Below are positions 63,201 through 64,000 of a stretch of DNA of 64,000 nucleotides, piece by piece. The position numbers and the translations under genes were made by a program. Below the pieces are notes generated by a model that worked only from the letters and a program-made list of their open reading frames with translations, did not search any database and was not told where the DNA came from. Positions within the stretch are counted from its first letter, which is position 1, and each line of letters opens with the position of its first letter. The stretch comes from Alphaproteobacteria bacterium (GTDB lineage: Bacteria > Pseudomonadota > Alphaproteobacteria > Bin95). The stretch lies in assembly GCA_964291285.2 (NCBI GenBank), contig OZ219785.1:192001-256000 (forward strand), given 5' to 3'.

Positions 63201-63396
63201 GGTTGACGACCTCGCGCTCGACTTCCGCCGGGGCCGCGCCGGGCCAGAGCGTCTGCACGGTGATGATCGGCTTGCGCACGTCCGGCGTCAGCTGGATCGG
63301 GATCGTCTCCAGGGCCACCAGTCCGAACAGCACGACCATCAGCACCGCCGCGATTACCGCGATGGGGCGGTCTATGGCGAAGCGGACGAGGTTCAT
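60214..63396 (-). CDS. RND efflux permease (AcrB family)
   Basis: AIDRP, GMVVDAAIVVLENI, GIVVNNAIL, RLRPI. Confidence 0.96.
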   Translation of the reverse strand: MNLVRFAIDRPIAVIAAVLMVVLFGLVALETIPIQLTPDVRKPIITVQTLWPGAAPAEVEREVVNRQEEVLKGVEGLEDVESRSENGRARVTLTFAIGTNMDRALLLVANRLDRVSGYPDEADRPTLRTASAEDNAIAWFSIQTAKGNARPVHTYGDFVEEVIQDRLERVEGVSRTDAFGGVKRELHITVQPERMAQFGLTVTEITQKLRAANASVSAGDVEEGKRRYLVRAEGDLDTPEAVRAVVLRTASDSATGRIGRVTVGDIAEVSYGYSEPRARIRRLGKSAVVMNAKREAGANVIETMEGVRAAVAELNESVLPGEGLVMDQVYDETDYIVSAIDLVRQNIVVGGILAAIMLLLFLRSWRPTLIVSLAIPVSVVGSFVAMAMLGRSLNVVSLAGIAFAVGMVVDAAIVVLENIYRLRERGMPPREAALRGASQVWGAILVSALTTVLVFVPILAMDLEVGQLFRDIAVAISVSVMLSLIVAVTVIPALSRRLLAARVWTGGRVEVPVLDGLARRYARATLAYAGAVVRNRKAALVSVAAIVGLAVAVAWWLTPKLDYLPDGSRNFVLGRVLPPPGYNLRTNSEIAEEIEDATRALWASETGPEAEPGKPPKIANFFFVALPSYTFVGASSTDPARPEELVPVLQQASFREPGTFGFFTVASIFGRGIGGKRAIDLDISGPDLETVMAVAGRATGMTAKALPRGEGNQLRPIPGLELGAPEVRVLPDRLRLADNGVSAREFADTIDAFNDGLRVARVTIDGRRTNLVLKGPTDNVASTQGIDFLPVVTRNGVILPASSLANIEVTTGPTEIRHKERVRTVTLQIRPRAQMPLEEAMDLVRAEVIGPLRADGLPAGVKLRLSGAADQLTITWNHIVIDLLIAVAIVFLVMAVLFESFVYPLVIMISVPLATAGGVLGLAVLNLFAFQPLDMLTLLGFIILVGIVVNNAILLVHQTLFHIREGGMTPPDAIREATRDRLRPIYMSTLTSIFGMAPLVLFPGAGSELYRGLGSVVLGGLSLSAVLTLTIIPPLLGLILAPLEERRRGRLEAPAPAAAE

Positions 63397-64000
63397 CCCG
63401 CCTTCGCCTTCGGCGGAGGCTTGCCGGGTTTGGCGGCCTTGGCGCCGGGCACGAGCACCGGCTGGCCGGGGCGCAGGCGCTCATTGCCGCGCACGATGGC
63501 GAGGTCGCCTTCCGTCAGCCCGTCCAGAACCTCGAAACGCGTCCCCGAGGCGCGGCCGAGGCGCACACGGCGCCGGTCCGCCTTGCCGTTATTGGCGACG
63601 AAAACGAGGGCCTGCTGGCCCTGGCGCACGATCGCATCCTTGTGGACCGTGAGCGCCGGCGCTGCGCCGCCGATCGGCAGCACCACCGTCGCGGCGGCAT
63701 TCGCGGCCAGCGGCACCGCCGTTCGCCCGAAATCCGGCGTGAAGCGCACGAGCCGGGTGCGCGTCATCGCGTTCTCGTCCGGCACCACCGCCCGCACCCT
63801 GGCGCGGTGCTTCGTGCCGTCCGGCAGCAGCACCGCCACCTCGGCGCCCGGGGCAAGCGCGGCAATGCGCGCCGCCGGCACGTCCGCCTCGATCTCCAGC
63901 TTGCGGTCATTGACCAGCGCCACCACCGCGCCGCCTTCCTTCAGATAGGAGCCGATTTCGGTGTGAAGCGCCGTCACCACGCCGTCATAAGGTGCGCGGA
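63393..64000 (-). CDS. RND periplasmic adaptor (partial; 5' end outside the window)
   Basis: APYDGVV, TRT..VR, GL..GD..IVRG...LRPG. Confidence 0.9.
   Translation of the reverse strand, partial: RAPYDGVVTALHTEIGSYLKEGGAVVALVNDRKLEIEADVPAARIAALAPGAEVAVLLPDGTKHRARVRAVVPDENAMTRTRLVRFTPDFGRTAVPLAANAAATVVLPIGGAAPALTVHKDAIVRQGQQALVFVANNGKADRRRVRLGRASGTRFEVLDGLTEGDLAIVRGNERLRPGQPVLVPGAKAAKPGKPPPKAKAG

Overview
GC-rich bacterial chromosome window. Gene order (dgt-argS-SPOR-nagZ-S2P-tatABC, gph/glmUS, phoR-pstSCAB-phoU-phoB) points to an alphaproteobacterium; this is inference. Bases 1-14.9 kb are an accessory/mobile region: an 8-repeat C4 zinc-finger/Arg-helix gene missed by the ORF track, two RTX proteins, an orphan type I-E-like CRISPR repeat, two IS1380 copies, an IS5 remnant and AT-rich cargo genes. 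This region also holds two diverged copies of a compact ~2.6-kb element encoding only two coupled tyrosine recombinases. Each copy has a conserved IHF-like/GCACC-Nx-GGTGC end, and each end abuts a truncated gene. Bases 15-64 kb are mostly housekeeping and catabolic genes. They are interrupted by an IS1634 beside a truncated GcvT-like gene and by an IS110 inserted at a CT core in dctM, whose bridge-RNA guides can be read directly against its donor and target. No tRNA or rRNA genes were recognised. All calls are from motif reading, not database searches.
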